From an uncultured Candidatus Entotheonella sp. (GTDB lineage Bacteria > Tectomicrobia > Entotheonellia > Entotheonellales > Entotheonellaceae), in the NCBI GenBank assembly GCA_965215335.1, contig CBDCDA010000002.1, positions 96,001-160,000 on the forward strand: a stretch of 64,000 bases of DNA, given 5' to 3'. The notes under the pieces were generated by a model. The model saw only the letters and a program-made list of their open reading frames with translations, had not been told where the DNA came from and made no database searches. Shown piece by piece: positions 40,614 through 51,743 of the stretch (positions are counted from its first letter, which is position 1; each line of letters begins with the position of its first letter). Both the position numbers and the translations under genes were made by a program.

Positions 40614-43600
40614 TTACGTCAGGGCTGCCAGGGCCGTTTCCACGTTGTTCATCTCCGCCTCGCACGCCGCCAGGCGGTCGCGCTCCTTCTGCACGACCTC
40701 CGGGTTCGCCTTGCTGAGAAACTGCTCGTTGGCCAGCTTGCGCTGCGAACCGGCCATGCGGCCGCGAAGCTGGTCCCGCTGCTTGGTCAGGCGGTGGCGT
40801 TCCTTCGTCGTGTCGATCACGCCCGGGACATAAACTTCAACACTGCCCACCACCGCGGTGGCCGCATCCGGGGTGCGTTGGACGTCGGACGCGACGTCGA
40901 CGGCATCCAGGCGCGCCATGTTCATGAGCAGGTCGGTCATACCGCGCAACGTCCCGGCATCCGCGTTATTGGCCCGGATGCGGGCGGAGAGCCGGGCTTG
41001 CGGCGGAATCGTATATCGGCTGCGCAAGTCCCGAATCCCGCGCACGACTTCCTGCAGAAACGCGATGCGCTGCTCCACGGCGGCGTCCTGCCAGGCCGGT
41101 TCTGCGGTGGGCCAGGGGGCATGGATCAGCAGCGACGAGACCGCCAACGGCTCATCGATGCCGCGCTGCGGCGCCTGCTCGTCGAGGGCTTCCCAGAGGC
41201 GCTCGGTCAGGTACGGCACAAATGGGTGAAAGAGACGCAACACCTGATCGATGGTCACCGCCAGGACCTGTCGCGCAACGCCGGCCCGAGCAGCGTCGCG
41301 CAAGCGTGGCTTGATGAATTCGAGGTACCAGTCGCACAACTCGCCCCAGAAGAAATCCCGCGCTGCCCATAGCGCGGCTGCCGGATTATAGGAAGACAAG
41401 TGGCCGTGCACGACCTCGACGGCGTGGGAAAGCCGCGACAGAATCCAGCGATCTTCGAGGGCGAGATCATCGGCCTGCAAGGGCTGAAAAGCAGCGTCCG
41501 CAAGATTCATGAGGGCAAAGCGCACGGCGTTCAGCAGCTTGTTGCAGAAATTGCGGCCCGCCTCGAAGCGTTCGCTCACCAGCTTGGCCGCCGGCACGTC
41601 GGGCATGGTGCCGAGAACGTCGAACTCCTTGCCCGTGGCCGGACACAGGTAGGTGAAGATGCTCTGCCCGTGCGGCGCCGTGGCCAGATCGATGAGGTCG
41701 CCCGTGTACGGCGAGATCGCCTGCACCGGCAGGCGGATGTCCTGCATGCCGGTCTGCATGTCGCACAGGACGTAGCGCATGGCGTCGGCGCCGTAGCGTT
41801 CGATGATGTCCACGGGGTCGATGCCGTTACCCTTGGACTTGCTCATCCGTTCGCCCTTGCCGTCCAGGATGTTGGCGTGGATGAACACGTCGGTGAACGG
41901 CACGTCGCCCATGTTGTACAGGCCCATGATGACCATGCGGGCCACCCACAGGGTGATGATGTCGCGCCCGGTCACCAGACAGGAACCCGGATAATAATAG
42001 GACAGGGTGTCGGGGAAGCCGTTCTGGCTGCGCAGGGGTGGCTGAGCGGCGTCGACCTGGGCGGTTTCCGGGTCGGGCCAGCCGAGGGTGCTTTGCGGCC
42101 ACAAACCGCTGGAAAACCAGGTGTCGAGCACATCGGGGTCCTGTGTCAGGCCCTGATCGGCGCATATCCGGGCCAGAGCCGTCTCGGCTTCGAAGTCCCG
42201 CAGACAGGCCATGACTTCGACCTCGCCGGCGGTGAAGGATTCGGGCAAGCCGCACGCGTCGTCGGGGCTTTGCAGCATGGCGCTCGCCCCGCTGGCGTCG
42301 ACCAGACGCAAACACAGGTCGCCGCGCCCGAGATGCGGGGTAAGCGTGCTCAAAACATCTTGCACGGCGGTGCCCGTGAACGTGCCGGCCCACACCGGGA
42401 TGCGATGCCCCCACCAGAGCTGGCGGCTGATGCACCAGTCCCGTTTCTCGCCCAGCCATTGCAGATAGGTATTGCCGTAGCGCACCGGATCGGGATGGAA
42501 GCTGACGTTGCGGTCGGTCGGCGAGCGCCAGGCGCCCTGCGCCGCATCCATGGCAGCCTGCGCCAGACCCGGCGCCACAAAGGCGTTCGGGGTGCCGCGC
42601 CCGCAGACGATGCCGCCGTCAACGTCTCCCATTCTGACGAACCACTGCCTGGAGAGGTACGGCTCGATCGGCGTCTTGGAGCGGTCCGAGTGGCCGATCT
42701 CGATGTCGCGCGCTTCCCTGGCTTCCAGCAGATCGTGCGCCTGCAAATCCGCCACCACGCGCTCGCGGGCCACGAATCGGTCCAGCCCCGCGTAGGGCCC
42801 GGTGTTGGCGTTCAGGGTGCCGTCTTCGTTGAGGATGTTGATGCGGTCGATGGCGTGCTGGTGCCGCGTCCACACGTCATAGTCGTTCGGATCGTGCGCC
42901 GGGGTGATCTTCACGCAGCCGCTGCCGAGTTCGGGCTTGGCCCACTCGTCGCAAATCAGCGGCATGAGGCGGTCCAGCAGGGGAAGACGCACCTGGCGAC
43001 CCTCCCGAGCCATGCGGACCAGGGCGAGCAGCGTCGGCAGGTGGCTGGCCTGCCGCACTTCGAGGCGGGCCACCTCCTCCGCCAGGGCGGCTTGCTCGCG
43101 CGGCGGCGCCTGCGCCAGGCGGTGCCGCGTCTCGGCGATGCGGGCCGCGAGAACACCCGCCGGGTCGGGGTGACAGGCCACTGCGGTGTCGCCGAGCATG
43201 GTCTCCGGGCGCGTCGTGGCCACTACCATGTGGGTCGGTTCGCCGGGCCGCGGGTCCACAATCGGGTAGCGCAGGTAGTAGAAATGGCCCTGCACGGCCT
43301 CGTAAACGATCTCGTCGTCGGCGACGGCCGTTTGCAGTTGACAGTCCCAGTTGACCAACCGATGACCGCGAAAGATCAGGCCGTCGCGGAACATCGCAAA
43401 GAACGTCCAGCGCACCGCGTGCGCGCATACCGGGTCCATGGTGAAGCGCTGGCGGTCCCAGTCGCACGAGCACCCCATGCTCTGCTGCTGCTGGACGATG
43501 CGCTTCTGGTACTGGTCTTTCCACGCCCAGATGCGCTTTTCCAGCCCGGCGCGCCCCACGTCGTGGCGCGTCTTGCCCTCCAGTTCCAGCAGACGCTTCT

Positions 43601-43883
43601 CCACGACGGCCTGGGTGGCGATGCCGGCGTGGTCGGTACCGGGCATCCACAGCGCATTGTCGCCCATCATGCGGTGCCAGCGGATCAGCAGGTCCTGCAT
43701 GACGTTGTCCATGGCATGGCCCATGTGCAGGGCGCCGGTGACGTTGGGCAGCGGCATCATGATGACATAGGGATGCGGGTTGTCGTCCGGAAGTGCTGCA
43801 AACGCCCTGGCATTCAGCCAGCGGTCGAAGATACGCTTTTCGATTTCCGCGGGGGCGTATTGTCTGGGTAGCTCACTGGGCAT
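40614..43883 (-). CDS. valS: Valine-tRNA ligase with several insertions
   Basis: PNVTGALHMGH, DHAGIATQ, TTRPETMLGD, DWCISRQLWWGH, RMSKS, C-terminal coiled coil. Confidence 0.97.
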   Translation of the reverse strand: MPSELPRQYAPAEIEKRIFDRWLNARAFAALPDDNPHPYVIMMPLPNVTGALHMGHAMDNVMQDLLIRWHRMMGDNALWMPGTDHAGIATQAVVEKRLLELEGKTRHDVGRAGLEKRIWAWKDQYQKRIVQQQQSMGCSCDWDRQRFTMDPVCAHAVRWTFFAMFRDGLIFRGHRLVNWDCQLQTAVADDEIVYEAVQGHFYYLRYPIVDPRPGEPTHMVVATTRPETMLGDTAVACHPDPAGVLAARIAETRHRLAQAPPREQAALAEEVARLEVRQASHLPTLLALVRMAREGRQVRLPLLDRLMPLICDEWAKPELGSGCVKITPAHDPNDYDVWTRHQHAIDRINILNEDGTLNANTGPYAGLDRFVARERVVADLQAHDLLEAREARDIEIGHSDRSKTPIEPYLSRQWFVRMGDVDGGIVCGRGTPNAFVAPGLAQAAMDAAQGAWRSPTDRNVSFHPDPVRYGNTYLQWLGEKRDWCISRQLWWGHRIPVWAGTFTGTAVQDVLSTLTPHLGRGDLCLRLVDASGASAMLQSPDDACGLPESFTAGEVEVMACLRDFEAETALARICADQGLTQDPDVLDTWFSSGLWPQSTLGWPDPETAQVDAAQPPLRSQNGFPDTLSYYYPGSCLVTGRDIITLWVARMVIMGLYNMGDVPFTDVFIHANILDGKGERMSKSKGNGIDPVDIIERYGADAMRYVLCDMQTGMQDIRLPVQAISPYTGDLIDLATAPHGQSIFTYLCPATGKEFDVLGTMPDVPAAKLVSERFEAGRNFCNKLLNAVRFALMNLADAAFQPLQADDLALEDRWILSRLSHAVEVVHGHLSSYNPAAALWAARDFFWGELCDWYLEFIKPRLRDAARAGVARQVLAVTIDQVLRLFHPFVPYLTERLWEALDEQAPQRGIDEPLAVSSLLIHAPWPTAEPAWQDAAVEQRIAFLQEVVRGIRDLRSRYTIPPQARLSARIRANNADAGTLRGMTDLLMNMARLDAVDVASDVQRTPDAATAVVGSVEVYVPGVIDTTKERHRLTKQRDQLRGRMAGSQRKLANEQFLSKANPEVVQKERDRLAACEAEMNNVETALAALT

Positions 43884-43973
43884 GGAACCGCCTTCCTTCA
43901 GCTTGAAAACCATGGTGGGTTGGCCACCCGCTGGTGGACGCCGGCGGGTCCTGTCAAGGCTGGAAAGCGGGGC

Positions 43974-44002
43974 ATTCTAGACCTGCCGAAACGAGCACGC
44001 AA
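43974..44002 (-). promoter_or_regulatory. Putative sigma70 promoter of valS
   Basis: TTGCGT-N17-TAGAAT on the minus strand. Confidence 0.45.
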
Positions 44003-44176
44003 CTCGGCAGAGCGTCCCGGGCCCGTGTTCATGACGCCTTTACCCGTGGCTTGCAGTGCCCAGATGAATGTGCGACACTTGCTGCTTGGCTTTACATTTT
44101 GGTCAGCAGGCAACCTCCTTGATTACAGGCGTCCTGGCGCCGAATCGTCGGGGGTGCGGTTGCGCCGATTGTCGAG

Positions 44177-44251
44177 GGTGGGCGTAGCTCAGTTCGGTAG
44201 AGCACTGGATTGTGGCTCCAGTGGTCGTGGGTTCAAATCCCATCGCTCACC
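44177..44251 (+). tRNA. tRNA-His(GTG)
   Basis: G-1 plus acceptor GTGGGCG/CGCTCAC, discriminator C; anticodon arm CTGGA-TTGTGGC-TCCAG; GTTCAAA T-loop; no encoded CCA. Confidence 0.95.
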
Positions 44252-44308
44252 TTCACAAACGATCTTTTGATTCTCAAAGGCGTACCGCGGAGGGCGTATT
44301 GCAGGACC

Positions 44309-44381
44309 GGGCCGCTAGCTCAACTGGTAGAGCAACGGACTCTTAATCCGTCGGTTGAAGGTTCGATTCCTTCGCGGCTCA
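44309..44381 (+). tRNA. tRNA-Lys(CTT)
   Basis: Acceptor GGGCCGC/GCGGCTC; anticodon arm ACGGA-CTCTTAA-TCCGT; GTTCGAT T-loop. Confidence 0.95.
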
Positions 44382-44386
44382 TCCTC

Positions 44387-44470
44387 GGCTGCCTGGTGAA
44401 ATTGGTAGACACGCTGGCCTTAGGAGCCAGTACCCTGACAGGTGTCCGAGTTCGAGTCTCGGGGCAGCCA
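44387..44470 (+). tRNA. tRNA-Leu(TAG)
   Basis: Acceptor GGCTGCC/GGCAGCC; anticodon arm CTGGC-CTTAGGA-GCCAG; long variable arm. Confidence 0.93.
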
Positions 44471-44525
44471 TTCCAGGACACCCGCGTATTAGGAAGGGCA
44501 GGCAAGGCATTGGGAACATCGAGCG

Positions 44526-45845
44526 ATGAAAGTTGAGGTCGGACAGACAAACCCTTGCGAACGGCGTTTGACGATCGAACTGCCGGCTGAGCGGGTGCAA
44601 CGAGAAATGAACGCGATCTACGGGGGTCTTCAGAAGCGCGTCAAAGTCCCGGGCTTTCGGCAGGGCAAGGTCCCCCGGTCCATACTGGAAAACCACTATC
44701 ACCACAGCGTCGAACAGGAAATCCTGCAGAAGCTGATTCCCGAAGCGCTTTCCGAGGCCATGACGCAAGAGAACTTGCAGGCGGTCGGGGAGCCGCAGAT
44801 CGATCACGTCGACCTGGCCAAGGACCGCCCCTTCCAGTTCGTGGCAACCACGCAAATCATCCCCGAAATCGTGCTGTCCGATTACCGTTCCTGGAGCGTC
44901 ACCCGGCACGTTCCACCCGTTACGGACGAGCATCTCGAACAAGCGATGCAGCAATTGCGCGAGCGCCATGCGGAGTTGCGCACGGTGAGCGGACGGGCGG
45001 TGCGCGAACACGACTTTGTGATCGCCAACTACCAGGGCTCTTTTGAGGGCTCTGACATTCCCGCCATACACGGCACCCAAGTGACCCTGGAAGTGGGCGC
45101 CGGACAGGTGCTGCCGGAGATCGAACAAGGGGTCGTCGGGATGATGGAGGGTGAGGAAAAGAACATTCCGATCACGCTTCCTGAAGACTACCGCAACGCT
45201 GCCCTGGCCGGCGAAACCATTGAAATTCGCCTCGCGGCGGTCGAGATCAAGGAGAAAGTCCTGCCGGATCTGGACGATGAATTCGCGCGCGCCTACGAAG
45301 ACGCCGACTCGTTGGACCGCTTACGGGAGCGTCTGCGGTCCGATGTCGAAACCGCCATCGGCGAGCGCGCCGACGCCGAGGTGCGGGCGGATATTCTCAA
45401 ACGGTTGGTGGACGAGAACACGTTCGAGGTACCGGAGGTTCTCGTGCATGAACAGATGCGGCGGGCGTATCTGCAAGGAGTACGAGCTGCAAAGGGTGGC
45501 CAATTGGACGAGGCCGATTTCAACGTGGACGTGGCGGCTTTGGATGAAACGTTTAGGACGCAGGCGCGCGAGTTGGTGCGCGGGCAGTTGATTTTGCACC
45601 ATATCGGCATCCAGGCCGGCATTATCGTTACGCCGGAAGAAGTGAATGCCGAAGTTGCCAGGCTGGCAAGCCGCATGGCGCAAAACCCGGAGGCCCTGAA
45701 GCAGACGCTGCAACGCAATGGCACCCTGAGCGGTATCGAAAACGGCCTGCGGGACGACAAAATCTTCGCGGCCATCCTGGCCGACGTGCAGGTGACCGAC
45801 AGCACCGCCGAACGGGAAGCCATGACAGAAACGTCAGAGACTTGA
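44526..45845 (+). CDS. tig: Trigger factor
   Basis: PGFRQGKVP ribosome-binding motif, FKBP-like domain, PDLDDEFA; precedes clpPX. Confidence 0.95.
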   Translation: MKVEVGQTNPCERRLTIELPAERVQREMNAIYGGLQKRVKVPGFRQGKVPRSILENHYHHSVEQEILQKLIPEALSEAMTQENLQAVGEPQIDHVDLAKDRPFQFVATTQIIPEIVLSDYRSWSVTRHVPPVTDEHLEQAMQQLRERHAELRTVSGRAVREHDFVIANYQGSFEGSDIPAIHGTQVTLEVGAGQVLPEIEQGVVGMMEGEEKNIPITLPEDYRNAALAGETIEIRLAAVEIKEKVLPDLDDEFARAYEDADSLDRLRERLRSDVETAIGERADAEVRADILKRLVDENTFEVPEVLVHEQMRRAYLQGVRAAKGGQLDEADFNVDVAALDETFRTQARELVRGQLILHHIGIQAGIIVTPEEVNAEVARLASRMAQNPEALKQTLQRNGTLSGIENGLRDDKIFAAILADVQVTDSTAEREAMTETSET

Positions 45846-45889
45846 GCCGGTGCGGGAACGTCGCAAACGGAGGAGGCGCAGGGAAGGAC

Positions 45890-46510
45890 ATGGCGTTGAT
45901 ACCCATGGTCGTCGAGCAGACCAATCGCGGCGAGCGCGCGTATGACATTTATTCGCGGCTCCTCAAGGATCGCATCGTTTTCATCGGCTCACCGATTAAC
46001 GATGTGATTGCGAATCTCATCATTGCGCAGCTGCTCTTTCTGGAAGCGGATGATCCTGACCAGGACATCGCCTTCTACATCAACAGCCCTGGCGGTTCGG
46101 TCACGGCGGGTTTGGCGATCTACGACACCATGCAATACATCCGTCCCGATGTGGCCACCATCTGCATCGGCATGGCGGCCAGCGCCGCGGCCCTGCTACT
46201 GACGGCCGGATGTACCGGCAAACGCTTTGCCCTGCCGCATTCGACCATCATGATTCACCAGCCCATGGGCGGCATGCAGGGCCAAGCCACCGACATCGAG
46301 ATCCATGCCCGCGAGATTCTCCGTGTGCGCAGCGTACTCAACGACATTCTGGTGCGCCACACCGGACAGCCGCAGAGCAAGATCGAGGAAGATACCGAAC
46401 GGGACCGCTTCATGACGCCGGAAGAGGCACGGATCTATGGTCTCATCGACGAGGTGATCGTGGCGCGCAACGGCAAGCCGGCAGCGCTGCCCGACGGGGG
46501 CGACGGATGA
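45890..46510 (+). CDS. clpP: ATP-dependent Clp protease proteolytic subunit
   Basis: [29 protein letters not shown]. Confidence 0.97.
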   Translation: MALIPMVVEQTNRGERAYDIYSRLLKDRIVFIGSPINDVIANLIIAQLLFLEADDPDQDIAFYINSPGGSVTAGLAIYDTMQYIRPDVATICIGMAASAAALLLTAGCTGKRFALPHSTIMIHQPMGGMQGQATDIEIHAREILRVRSVLNDILVRHTGQPQSKIEEDTERDRFMTPEEARIYGLIDEVIVARNGKPAALPDGGDG

Positions 46511-46571
46511 CTCGAATTCGGGGTCCCAGAGGCCGGCTGTTACGACATTTCATGGCATTGGAGGAGCGCTG

Positions 46572-47810
46572 ATGCCACGCAAAGACACGCAGGGTGACAA
46601 GCTGCGGTGCTCGTTTTGTGGCAAGAATCAGGACGAGGTAAGGCGGCTCATCGCCGGCCCGACCGTGTATATCTGTGACGAATGTATTGATCTCTGCAAC
46701 GACATCATTCTCGAAGAAGGGGCAAACGAAAAGGCCGCGGTCATGCAGCGCCTGCCGACCCCCAAGGAGATCAACCAGCGGCTCGACGAATACATCATCG
46801 GCCAGGTGCAGGCCAAGAAAGTGCTGTCGGTAGCGGTGTACAACCACTACAAGCGCATCGAGGCAAACGCGGGTTCGAATGACGTCGAGTTGCAGAAAAG
46901 CAACGTGCTGCTCATCGGCCCGACCGGCTCCGGCAAGACGCTGTTGGCGCAGACGCTGGCCCGCATTCTGGACGTGCCGTTCACCATTGCGGATGCGACC
47001 ACGCTGACCGAGGCGGGCTACGTGGGCGAGGATGTCGAGAACATCATCCTGCGCTTGCTGCAGGCGGCCGATTACGATGTGCAGCGCGCCGAGCGGGGCA
47101 TCATCTACATAGACGAGATCGACAAGATCAGCCGCAAGGCCGAAAACCCCTCCATCACCCGTGACGTCTCTGGCGAGGGCGTGCAGCAGGCCCTGTTGAA
47201 GATCATTGAAGGCACCGTGGCCAGCGTCCCCCCTGCGGGGGGACGCAAGCACCCGCATCAGGAATTCCTGCAGGTCGATACCACGGATATACTTTTTGTC
47301 TGCGGCGGTGCGTTTCACGGATTGGAGAAGCTCATCGAGCAGCGCCTGAGCAAACGCACCATGGGGTTCGAAGCCCGGCTTTATTCCAGAAATGACGAGC
47401 CGCTGGGCGAAATCCTATCGCGCGTGCAGCCCGAGGACCTGCTCAAGAACGGTCTCATTCCGGAATTCGTGGGTCGCCTGCCCATCGTGGCGACACTCGA
47501 GGAACTCACCGAGGACGACTTCGTGCGTATCCTCACGGCCCCCAAGAACGCTCTCGTCCGGCAGTACCAGAAGTATTTCGATTTTGAAGAGGTGGCGCTC
47601 ACGTTCACCGACGATGCGCTTCAGGCCATTGCCCAAGAGGCATTACGCCGCAAGACCGGCGCCCGCGGGCTGCGGTCGATCCTGGAAGAGGTGATGCTCG
47701 AAACGATGTACGAGCTGCCTTCCCGGAAGGACATTCAGACGTGCACGATCACCCGTGACGTGGTCACCAAACGGCAGCAGCCGGCGCCGTTTTTCAGGCA
47801 AGCCAGCTAG
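46572..47810 (+). CDS. clpX: ATP-dependent Clp protease ATP-binding subunit ClpX
   Basis: CSFC..CDEC zinc domain, [25 protein letters not shown] loop, MGF loop. Confidence 0.97.
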   Translation: MPRKDTQGDKLRCSFCGKNQDEVRRLIAGPTVYICDECIDLCNDIILEEGANEKAAVMQRLPTPKEINQRLDEYIIGQVQAKKVLSVAVYNHYKRIEANAGSNDVELQKSNVLLIGPTGSGKTLLAQTLARILDVPFTIADATTLTEAGYVGEDVENIILRLLQAADYDVQRAERGIIYIDEIDKISRKAENPSITRDVSGEGVQQALLKIIEGTVASVPPAGGRKHPHQEFLQVDTTDILFVCGGAFHGLEKLIEQRLSKRTMGFEARLYSRNDEPLGEILSRVQPEDLLKNGLIPEFVGRLPIVATLEELTEDDFVRILTAPKNALVRQYQKYFDFEEVALTFTDDALQAIAQEALRRKTGARGLRSILEEVMLETMYELPSRKDIQTCTITRDVVTKRQQPAPFFRQAS

Positions 47811-49357
47811 CCAGCTTTGGACTTGGCAGCCGGTGCCGGCATGCTCTCCAGGGTTTCCACCAGCAGGCGGATGCCCCAGCCGGTCGAGCCCTTGGGCACG
47901 TACGGCTTGCCCTCGCGCGTCCAGGCCATACCGGCGATGTCGAGATGCACCCAGGGGATGTCGCCGACGAATTCCTTGAGGAAGGCACCGCCGATGATGG
48001 AGCCAGCCTCGCGCCCGCCGCCGGTGTTCTTGATGTCCGCGAAGTCGCTCTTGATCTGCTTGCTGTATTCGTCGAACAGCGGGAGCTGCCAGACCCGTTC
48101 GGCGCAGCGCTCACCCGCTTCGCGCAGCCGCGTCATCATGTCGTCGTCGGTGCCCATCATGCCGGTGGCCTGGTTGCCCAGGGCGACCACCACGGCGCCG
48201 GTCAGGGTGGCCAGATCGATGATACAGGCGGGCTTGTATGTTTCCACGGCATACGACAGGGCGTCGGCGAGGATCAGGCGGCCCTCGGCGTCGGTGTTGA
48301 TCACCTCGACGGTTTTGCCCGACATGGCGCGCAGGATGTCACCGGGTTTAACCGCCGTGCCGCTCGGCAGATTCTCCGAGGCCGGAACCAGGCCCACCAC
48401 GCGGCGGGGATAATTCAGGCGCGCCAGTGCCTGCATGGTTCCGAGCACCGCGGCGCCGCCAGACATGTCCATTTTCATGTCTTCCATGCCGCCCGCCGGC
48501 TTGATCGAAATGCCCCCGCTGTCGAAGGTCAGCCCCTTGCCCACCAGCACGACCGGGGCGCCGGCGGCGCCCCGGGGCGAGTGTTCCAGAATGATGAAGG
48601 CCGGCGGCTGCGCGCTGCCCTGCGCGACGCCCAGCAGGCAGCCCATGTTCAGTTCTTTCATTTCCACCGGGTCCAGGAGACGGCAGCGCAGCGAGGTGGT
48701 TCTCGCCAGGGTTTGGGCGGTGGTGGCCAGGTAAGAAGGATTGACGTCGTTACCCGGACTGTTGCCCAGGTCACGGGCCAGGGTGACGGCCTCGGCAATC
48801 ACCTGGCCCCGCTCGGCGCCGCGCTGCATCTGGCTGGCAAGCCTTGTCCCGCCCGCCCCCGATGCGCTGGCGGCCAGGAGGGTCAGTTGCTCCAGGGCGT
48901 CCGGGCCGGCCTCGTCGTCTGCGGTTTTGTACTTCCTCAGCGCATACAGACCCAGGAGGGCGCCTTCCGTGACGGCTTGTGCGAGATCGACAGCGGTGGC
49001 AGACATGGCGGGCGGCAGCACCGCGAGGCGGGCGGCGCCGAGCTTGCGCGTCGTGGTTGCAGCGGTGGCGCCTGCTTGGCGCAGATGCTCCAGCTCGCGC
49101 GGCGGCGACTTCTCGCCCAGACCTACCAGCAGGACGCGCGGCGCCGCTATCTTGCCGCGCGTGCGGAGCAGCGCCGTGCCGTTCAGCGCGCCCTTGAAAT
49201 CGCCACTCTCGATATAGTCGCCGATCAGCCCCTCAAGGCGCGTGTCGAGCTGAGCCGCCGCGCCCCTCGTGCCTACCGTTGCGTCCTGCCAGAGCGGCAC
49301 TGCCAACACATCTGCCGCGACCGCCTCGGGCTTGTCTCGTTTAATCTCGATAAGCAT
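47807..49357 (-). CDS. pepA: Leucyl aminopeptidase (M17)
   Basis: [42 protein letters not shown]. Confidence 0.95.
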   Translation of the reverse strand: MLIEIKRDKPEAVAADVLAVPLWQDATVGTRGAAAQLDTRLEGLIGDYIESGDFKGALNGTALLRTRGKIAAPRVLLVGLGEKSPPRELEHLRQAGATAATTTRKLGAARLAVLPPAMSATAVDLAQAVTEGALLGLYALRKYKTADDEAGPDALEQLTLLAASASGAGGTRLASQMQRGAERGQVIAEAVTLARDLGNSPGNDVNPSYLATTAQTLARTTSLRCRLLDPVEMKELNMGCLLGVAQGSAQPPAFIILEHSPRGAAGAPVVLVGKGLTFDSGGISIKPAGGMEDMKMDMSGGAAVLGTMQALARLNYPRRVVGLVPASENLPSGTAVKPGDILRAMSGKTVEVINTDAEGRLILADALSYAVETYKPACIIDLATLTGAVVVALGNQATGMMGTDDDMMTRLREAGERCAERVWQLPLFDEYSKQIKSDFADIKNTGGGREAGSIIGGAFLKEFVGDIPWVHLDIAGMAWTREGKPYVPKGSTGWGIRLLVETLESMPAPAAKSKAG

Positions 49358-49412
49358 TCCATCCCCTCACTATCACTATGCCGTGTTGTGAATCCCGTGA
49401 ATCAGGGCCTCC

Positions 49413-49441
49413 ACTATACGAACTGGCATGCGGCAATTCAA
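49413..49441 (-). promoter_or_regulatory. Putative sigma70 promoter of pepA
   Basis: TTGAAT-N17-TATAGT on the minus strand. Confidence 0.55.
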
Positions 49442-49546
49442 GGCGCCGGACGCTTGATCTGGCGCCTGTTGGCAAGTCGGCGCCGCGCGCGTTTCGGCCT
49501 CTCCAGGAGGCCTCGATTCGACACCAGGAAGAGGGCCTGCAGATTA

Positions 49547-50785
49547 CAGGGTAAGCGCATATGGCATTATCCAGTTAAGACCCGCAGCAGATAGCTGTGA
49601 TCCCACCCGGCCCGTTTTCGTCTGGCCTTCACGCCACGCTTATGACTTGATTCGCGTCGTATCAGGTTCAGGGCGATATGACGCAGCACCGACATCGTTT
49701 GCGCACCCGCGTCTTGACGAATCCGACAGTCGTCTTCCCGAAAGCTCACGTCAAGCACCCAATGGAGCGAATTCTCAATGCCCCAATGCTGCCGCACGGT
49801 TTGCGCAAAACGTTCCGCATCACATCCAAGCGAGGTCAGAAAATAACGCCGCTCACAAGACACCACGTCGCCACGTTCCACCTGTGCCTCAACCATGCCA
49901 ATGCTGGCAATGCCTGCCCACGAGCCCCTCACCCCCAAACACTCAATATCGCTCGTCAGCCAATAGCGGCGCGTCTCAATACGACCATGATCGGCATCGA
50001 CGCTCTGATAATGATCGACCGTCACATCCGTCAGCCCGGTTGTCGTGACCGCGTCGAAAAGGAGCTTGACCTCATTGTGGAGCGTCGCATGGTTGTCTTT
50101 GAGAGCCAAGACATAATCCGCCCCTTGTTCGACGATGCTGCGGGCGACCTCCTTTTGGCATCCCATAGCGTCGATTGTCACCGTCGCCCCGTCCAATGCC
50201 AAAAGCCCAAGCAAGTGGGGAATGGCAGTGATTTCATTGGACTTGTCATCGACCTTGAGTTGACCCAAAACGAGCCGATTGGCACTGGCCCAAGCGCTGA
50301 TCATGTGGATGGCACCCTTGGCCGCAGCGCGGTCAAAGGAGCGCCGCAAGGTCTTGCCATCCATGGCGACAATCTCTCCAGCGAGCGACCCGCGCAGGCT
50401 GTCCGTCCAGTTGATAAAGCACTGGGTGAGTTCTTCCGGCTGAAGCCGAGAGAGCACGCGACGAAAGGTGTCGGGTGAGGGAATGCCATGGGGCAGGTCG
50501 AGAAACTCTTGGAGCCAATCGGCCTGAGCCTGACCATACTCCTCCATATCTTCCCAGCCCTCGGCGCCGCTGATAACGGCACATAGGGCAATCACGAAGA
50601 TGTCAAACAAGGAGTGTCGGATGTTGGGGCCGCGCGGATCACTGACCGAGGCAAAGTGATCCAGGAGTCGGGACGATGCGAGTTTTTCCATGCCCAGTTC
50701 TTCTCCAGGTTGAGTGTCCTGACACGCGATGACTCTGCATAACCTGAATCAGAACGCTGGGCAATCCTCATATGCGCTTACCCTG
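49547..50785 (-). mobile_element. Complete ISAs1-family insertion sequence (1239 bp)
   Basis: Perfect 17-bp terminal inverted repeats CAGGGTAAGCGCATATG; 10-bp direct repeats CTGCAGATTA at 49537-49546 and 50786-50795. Confidence 0.97.
49567..50691 (-). CDS. ISAs1-family transposase
   Basis: DPR, AMDGKTLR, KSNEITAIP, TIDAMGCQK, HGRIETR, HWGIENSLHWVLDV. Confidence 0.97.
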   Translation of the reverse strand: MEKLASSRLLDHFASVSDPRGPNIRHSLFDIFVIALCAVISGAEGWEDMEEYGQAQADWLQEFLDLPHGIPSPDTFRRVLSRLQPEELTQCFINWTDSLRGSLAGEIVAMDGKTLRRSFDRAAAKGAIHMISAWASANRLVLGQLKVDDKSNEITAIPHLLGLLALDGATVTIDAMGCQKEVARSIVEQGADYVLALKDNHATLHNEVKLLFDAVTTTGLTDVTVDHYQSVDADHGRIETRRYWLTSDIECLGVRGSWAGIASIGMVEAQVERGDVVSCERRYFLTSLGCDAERFAQTVRQHWGIENSLHWVLDVSFREDDCRIRQDAGAQTMSVLRHIALNLIRRESSHKRGVKARRKRAGWDHSYLLRVLTG

Positions 50786-50803
50786 CTGCAGATTAACGTT
50801 TCC

Positions 50804-50833
50804 TTGACAAGGGTTTTGGGGCGTCGCTATAAT
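50804..50833 (+). promoter_or_regulatory. Consensus sigma70 promoter of the yceD-rpmF-plsX-fab operon
   Basis: TTGACA-N18-TATAAT. Confidence 0.8.
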
Positions 50834-50898
50834 AGGCACCACTAATTCAGGAGTCCCACGCTTCCTCTTGTCCTGTTGATACGCAATAACTTGCAGAG

Positions 50899-51483
50899 AT
50901 GAGGGCAGAGCCCGTGGCGCCGTCACAGCAGGGTAGTGTCGCCGCTTTGGCGGTGGATGTCCTTCGCATACCGGATGAAGGGTTGCCGCTGGATGTGGAG
51001 GTCGGTGCTGAGGAACTAAGCTTGCCCCAGGCGGCGGAGGTTGCCTTCCCGCTTCCCGTGCGCATCCTGGGGCGCCTGACCCGGGTTGCCGAGTCGGTTT
51101 ACTTTCAGGGCACGATTGCCGGGACGATGAGCACGCCGTGCAGCCGTTGCGTGGAGACGACGACGCACGATTTCGAGGTTGAGACGCAGGTCATGTTCCT
51201 GCCGCCGAGCGCCGCCGACTCCCAGGAAGACATCGCGGCGATGGGCTTGGCGGACAAGCCTGATCTCTACATGCATGACGGTATGAAGCTCGACTTGGCG
51301 CCGCCGGTCTACGATCAGGTTGTTCTCGCCTTTCCCGTTCAGCCTTTGTGTCGTCCTGATTGTGCAGGGCTCTGCCAGATCTGCGGAGGCAACCGCAACG
51401 AAGCGTCGTGTGCGTGCCGCGCCGAAAGCGGCGATCCGCGGTTTGCCCTGCTGAAAAACCTTTCATTTTCCGAGCCATCATGA
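50899..51483 (+). CDS. yceD: YceD/DUF177 family protein
   Basis: CSRC and PLCRPDCAGLCQICG..C..DPRFALL; directly upstream of rpmF. Confidence 0.9.
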   Translation: MRAEPVAPSQQGSVAALAVDVLRIPDEGLPLDVEVGAEELSLPQAAEVAFPLPVRILGRLTRVAESVYFQGTIAGTMSTPCSRCVETTTHDFEVETQVMFLPPSAADSQEDIAAMGLADKPDLYMHDGMKLDLAPPVYDQVVLAFPVQPLCRPDCAGLCQICGGNRNEASCACRAESGDPRFALLKNLSFSEPS

Positions 51484-51517
51484 CGGAACGACATTCCGTT
51501 CCAAGGATGTATCCCAA

Positions 51518-51694
51518 ATGGGTGTGCCAAAACGTAAGACATCAAGGGCGCGTCGTGACAAACGGCGTCTTCATCAACGCCTGCACGTGCCGAGCCTGAG
51601 CACCTGTCCCCAATGCGGCGCAGCGCAGCTTCCCCATCGTATTTGCCCAAGTTGCGGGTTCTACAAGGAACGCGAGATCATTGCCGTGCAATAG
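51518..51694 (+). CDS. rpmF: 50S ribosomal protein L32
   Basis: MGVPKRKTSRARRDKRR..CPQCG..PHRICPSCGFY; 58 aa, below the ORF-track cutoff. Confidence 0.97.
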   Translation: MGVPKRKTSRARRDKRRLHQRLHVPSLSTCPQCGAAQLPHRICPSCGFYKEREIIAVQ

Positions 51695-51743
51695 GACCCC
51701 GGCCGCTCCTCGGCGCCTGCCCTCGTCAAGGTGTCATGATCTA

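Noticed and set aside
41400..43871. Long antisense ORFs (823 aa opposite valS; similar ones opposite pepA, the acyl-CoA ligase, selB and clpC)
   Set aside because: Expected shadow ORFs in high-GC DNA; no recognisable motifs
44177..44525. tRNA cluster as a prophage or island integration site
   Set aside because: No integrase and no duplicated tRNA 3' end seen; tig follows directly
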